Source: Erysipelotrichaceae bacterium (GTDB taxonomy: Bacteria; Bacillota_I; Bacilli_A; Erysipelotrichales; Coprobacillaceae). From it: DNA of 32,000 nt. Position 1 is the first letter of the stretch. Every line of letters starts with the position of its first letter. The stretch is from positions 10,838 to 42,837 of the forward strand of contig JAQVDW010000015.1 of assembly GCA_028698185.1 (NCBI GenBank), written 5' to 3'. The notes beneath the pieces are model-generated. The model was not told the origin of the DNA. It saw nothing but the letters and a program-made list of their open reading frames with translations, and did not search any database. Shown here in pieces: positions 29,059-32,000 of this stretch. The translations under genes were made by a program, and so were the position numbers.

Positions 29059-30402
29059 ATGGGGAAATATTTTGGTACGGATGGTTTTCGCGGCGAAGCG
29101 AACATCGATCTGACAGTAGAACATGCATATAAGGTGGGCCGTTATCTGGGGTGGTATTTTTCACGGGAATCGCAGGCGAACATCGTCATCGGGAAGGATA
29201 CCAGACGCTCATCATACATGTTCGAGTATGCTCTGGTAGCGGGAATCACGGCCAGTGGGGCCAACGCGAGCCTGATGCACGTCACTACAACACCTTCGGT
29301 ATCCTACATCACCAGAACCGACGGTTTCGATTGTGGGATCATGATCAGCGCATCCCACAACCCTTACTATGACAATGGAATCAAGATCCTCGACAGCAAC
29401 GGACACAAGATGTCGAGCGATATCGAGGACAAGATCGAGGATTATATTGACGGTCTGATCGAAGAATTGCCACTGGCGCAGCGCGAACATGTCGGGGCGG
29501 CGAGCGACTATTCGGTCGGGCGCAACCGTTATATCGGTTATCTGCTTTCGATCCCGACCCGGGCTTTCAAGAACATCAGGGTCGGCCTGGACTGCTCGAA
29601 CGGTTCAAGCAGCGACATCGCCAAGGCGGTCTTCGATGCTTTGGGTGCTAAGACTTATGTCATCAACAACAATCCCAACGGGTTCAACATCAACCGCAAC
29701 TGCGGGTCGACCCATATCGAAGTCCTGCAGGAATATGTCCGCAAGAACGGACTCGACGTCGGATTCGCCTATGACGGCGATGCCGACCGCTGCATCGCGG
29801 TTGACGAATTCGGCCGGGTTGTCGACGGCGACGGGATCCTTTATGTGTGCGGGAAATTCGCCAAGAGCCACGGCGAGCTGGAAAACGACACCGTGGTTAC
29901 GACAATCATGTCGAACCTGGGGCTTTACAAGGCGTTCGACGAACTGGATATCAGATACGAAAAAACGGCAGTCGGCGACAAGTATGTCAATGAAAACATG
30001 GTGGCCAACGGCCACGTCCTGGGCGGGGAACAGTCGGGCCATATCATCTTTTCCAAACATGCCACAACCGGCGACGGGATTTTGACTTCGCTCAAGGTCA
30101 TGGAAGCGATGATCGAATCGAAGAAGACCCTGGCGCAGCTTACGGAGAACCTGAAGATCTATCCGCAGCTGATGAAAAACGTCCGGGTGACCGACAAGAA
30201 GGCGGCCCAGGAACATCCGGCAGTCCAGGCCATCATCAAGGAAGTTGGGGATGAACTTGGCAGCAACGGACGCGTCCTTGTCAGGGAATCGGGAACCGAA
30301 CCGCTGATCAGGGTCATGGTCGAAGCGGCTACCGACGAGATCTGCAAGAAAAATGTCGACAAAATCATCGACGTCATCAAGGAAACCGGCTTGGTCAAAT
30401 AA
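29059..30402 (+). CDS. glmM: phosphoglucosamine mutase
   Basis: 447 aa. MGKYFGTDGFRG, active-site Ser loop SASHNPYYDNGIK, metal loop AYDGDADRC, and GGEQSGHIIF. Confidence 0.96.
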   Translation: MGKYFGTDGFRGEANIDLTVEHAYKVGRYLGWYFSRESQANIVIGKDTRRSSYMFEYALVAGITASGANASLMHVTTTPSVSYITRTDGFDCGIMISASHNPYYDNGIKILDSNGHKMSSDIEDKIEDYIDGLIEELPLAQREHVGAASDYSVGRNRYIGYLLSIPTRAFKNIRVGLDCSNGSSSDIAKAVFDALGAKTYVINNNPNGFNINRNCGSTHIEVLQEYVRKNGLDVGFAYDGDADRCIAVDEFGRVVDGDGILYVCGKFAKSHGELENDTVVTTIMSNLGLYKAFDELDIRYEKTAVGDKYVNENMVANGHVLGGEQSGHIIFSKHATTGDGILTSLKVMEAMIESKKTLAQLTENLKIYPQLMKNVRVTDKKAAQEHPAVQAIIKEVGDELGSNGRVLVRESGTEPLIRVMVEAATDEICKKNVDKIIDVIKETGLVK

Positions 30403-30421
30403 CATTATTTTCCACATTTTT

Positions 30422-30451
30422 TTGAATTTAGCGCGGCAATTGCGGTATAAA
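30422..30451 (+). promoter_or_regulatory. candidate promoter of the two-component system operon
   Basis: TTGAAT (30422-30427), an 18-nt spacer, then TATAAA (30446-30451). The spacer contains the 8-bp palindrome GCAATTGC (30436-30443). Confidence 0.4.
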
Positions 30452-30470
30452 CTAAGGCGAGGTGACTGAG

Positions 30471-31124
30471 ATGAAATTCAAAATCAATATAATCGATGAC
30501 GAAAAAAACTTAAACGATCTGGTTCGGACCTATCTGGAAAAAGAGGGTTACGAAGTCAGATCTTTCTACAAATACAATGAGGCGCTGGAGCATGTCAACG
30601 ATGACGTCCAGCTCTGGCTTCTCGACATCATGCTTGACCAGAACAGCGGCTATGAGCTTTTCAGCCACATCCGCAAGGCCAAGGAAAAAATGCCGATCAT
30701 CTTCATGTCGGCCCGCGACCAGGAGTTCGACCGGATTTTCGGGCTGGAACAGGGCAGCGACGACTACATCACCAAACCTTTCAATGTCAAGGAACTGGTG
30801 CTGCGGGTGAACAACCTGATCAAGCGGTCATATGACAATCCTAGCATCATCAACATCGACGGCTACACAATCGACGGCCAAAAACGCCGGGTTTTCTACC
30901 AGGGTGAAGAGGTGGTCCTTACGACCAAGGAATATGAGTTGCTTATATATTTCGTGACCAACCGGGGCATGGCCATATCCCGCGAACAGGTCCTGGTCAA
31001 TGTGTGGGACGAGAACTATTTCGGTTCGGACCGGGTTGTCGATGACACCCTGCGCCGGCTGCGCAAGAAATTGCCCCACATCAATATCCGGACAATGTAT
31101 GGTTATGGCTACCGTCTAGACTGA
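30471..31124 (+). CDS. OmpR/PhoB-family response regulator
   Basis: GAGGTGA at 30459-30465, then ATG 30471 (217 aa). Receiver residues IIDDE, LLDIML, FMSA and ITKPF. The winged-helix output ends YGYGYRLD. Confidence 0.92.
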   Translation: MKFKINIIDDEKNLNDLVRTYLEKEGYEVRSFYKYNEALEHVNDDVQLWLLDIMLDQNSGYELFSHIRKAKEKMPIIFMSARDQEFDRIFGLEQGSDDYITKPFNVKELVLRVNNLIKRSYDNPSIINIDGYTIDGQKRRVFYQGEEVVLTTKEYELLIYFVTNRGMAISREQVLVNVWDENYFGSDRVVDDTLRRLRKKLPHINIRTMYGYGYRLD

Positions 31125-32000
31125 TGCTAAAAAAATTCCCCCTGTCATACCAGCTGATAATCATCCTGCTTTGTTTCACAGCATCGCTGTTTATCGTGAT
31201 TATCCCGCTGATCAACCGCAACCTTTCCCGGGTGATCGACAATGACCTATTCGAGGATCTAAACAAGGCCCAGGCCAATTACCTCGACTATGGTTTCGCG
31301 CCGACGGCCAGCCATATCGAGGAGCAGATCTACCATCTCGATATCGACATGGCCAATGAGGTCATCAGCGTTTCCAAGCTGATGACAATCGATCGGGCCT
31401 ATCTGATTTTCAACCAGGTGGTAAAAAACGACCTGGTGGAGATGATCAATAACCCTGAGCTAAGTCATGTCAACAGCAAGAAAATGTTTGAAAACGACAC
31501 GCTTTACTACGCCATCAACGCTAACGGCAACCAGAAGTATACGGTGTCGATTTTGTACAGCACCTATTCGAACGACCTGGTGCAATCGATCCAAAACGAG
31601 ATCATTTATATCTTCTATGGCATCCTTGTGGTGTTCTTTCTGGTTTTGGCAATCTGGCTCAATTCCTTGATAGCACCTCTAAGAAAAATCGATCTATACA
31701 TCAAGGGCATCAAGGTGGGTAACCGGCCGAAAATCAATATCAACCGGGAAGACGAGATCGGGACTGTGTTCCACTCCCTGGTGGAGATGGAAAGCGAACT
31801 TGAAAAACAAAACCGGATCAAGGAGGAGATGATCCACAATATCTCCCATGATCTAAAAACGCCAATCACTCTTATCCAGACTTATTCGCAGTCGGTCAAG
31901 GACGATATCTATCCTTACGGTTCCAAAGAGGCTTCGATGGATGTCATCATTGACAACGCCGACCGTCTTGAACGCAAGGTCCAGTCATTGCTCCATCTCA
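31124..32000 (+). CDS. sensor histidine kinase, N-terminal part (3' end outside the window)
   Basis: Absent from the ORF track because it has no stop in the window. ATG 31124 overlaps the regulator's TGA (TGATG). Translates MLKKFPLSYQLIIILLCFTASLFIVIIPLI (TM1), about 135 aa of extracytoplasmic region, then IIYIFYGILVVFFLVLAIWL (TM2), a HAMP-like linker, and the H-box EEMIHNISHDLKTPITLIQ. Open to position 32000. Confidence 0.88.
   Translation, partial: MLKKFPLSYQLIIILLCFTASLFIVIIPLINRNLSRVIDNDLFEDLNKAQANYLDYGFAPTASHIEEQIYHLDIDMANEVISVSKLMTIDRAYLIFNQVVKNDLVEMINNPELSHVNSKKMFENDTLYYAINANGNQKYTVSILYSTYSNDLVQSIQNEIIYIFYGILVVFFLVLAIWLNSLIAPLRKIDLYIKGIKVGNRPKININREDEIGTVFHSLVEMESELEKQNRIKEEMIHNISHDLKTPITLIQTYSQSVKDDIYPYGSKEASMDVIIDNADRLERKVQSLLHL

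Noticed and set aside
29489-30417. 270-aa antisense ORF (29605-30417) and a 198-aa alternative + frame ORF (29489-30085) inside glmM.
   Set aside because: glmM is unambiguous (SASHNPYYDNGIK, DGDADR, GGEQSGH). The overlapping ORFs have low-complexity, Arg/Ser/Thr/Val/Asp-rich translations with no motifs. They are artefacts of stop-poor, GC-richer codon usage.

Overview
Chromosomal core region of a Bacillota (Firmicutes)-type genome using the standard code (TGA is a stop, Trp is TGG). Every gene except one is on the + strand. 1-9.7 kb holds the distal S10/spc/alpha ribosomal-protein super-operon, from the rpmC 3' end to rplQ and including secY-adk-map-infA-rpmJ. It ends in a clean intrinsic terminator. 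9.7-13.8 kb has its own near-consensus promoter, then ecfA1-ecfA2-ecfT-truA and a PHP-family phosphoesterase, all linked by overlapping stop/start codons. 13.9-16.0 kb is the only part I cannot explain. It is a promoter-equipped two-gene cassette: a 398-aa acidic protein with no recognisable motif, ATGA-coupled to a membrane-anchored alpha/beta-hydrolase-fold protein whose nucleophile elbow reads G-K-E-M-G instead of G-x-S-x-G. 16.1-19.5 kb holds a GH1 6-phospho-beta-glucosidase, then an RpiR-type regulator coupled to a threonine-aldolase-family PLP enzyme. 19.6-19.9 kb is hup. 19.96-20.53 kb is a stand-alone pduL on the - strand, divergent from gltB-gltD (20.8-26.7 kb). 26.8-30.4 kb is cdaA-cdaR-glmM. 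30.5 kb to the window end is an OmpR-type response regulator and a histidine kinase that runs off the window. I found no rRNA, tRNA, CRISPR array, IS/transposase, integrase or phage genes. Also notable: a very sharp codon/GC split between high-expression genes and all others; a palindrome in the pduL/gltB intergenic region that encodes two fully overlapping divergent promoter-like elements; and a long charged N-terminal extension on CdaR. Family calls come from reading the translated motifs and from synteny, not from database searches.
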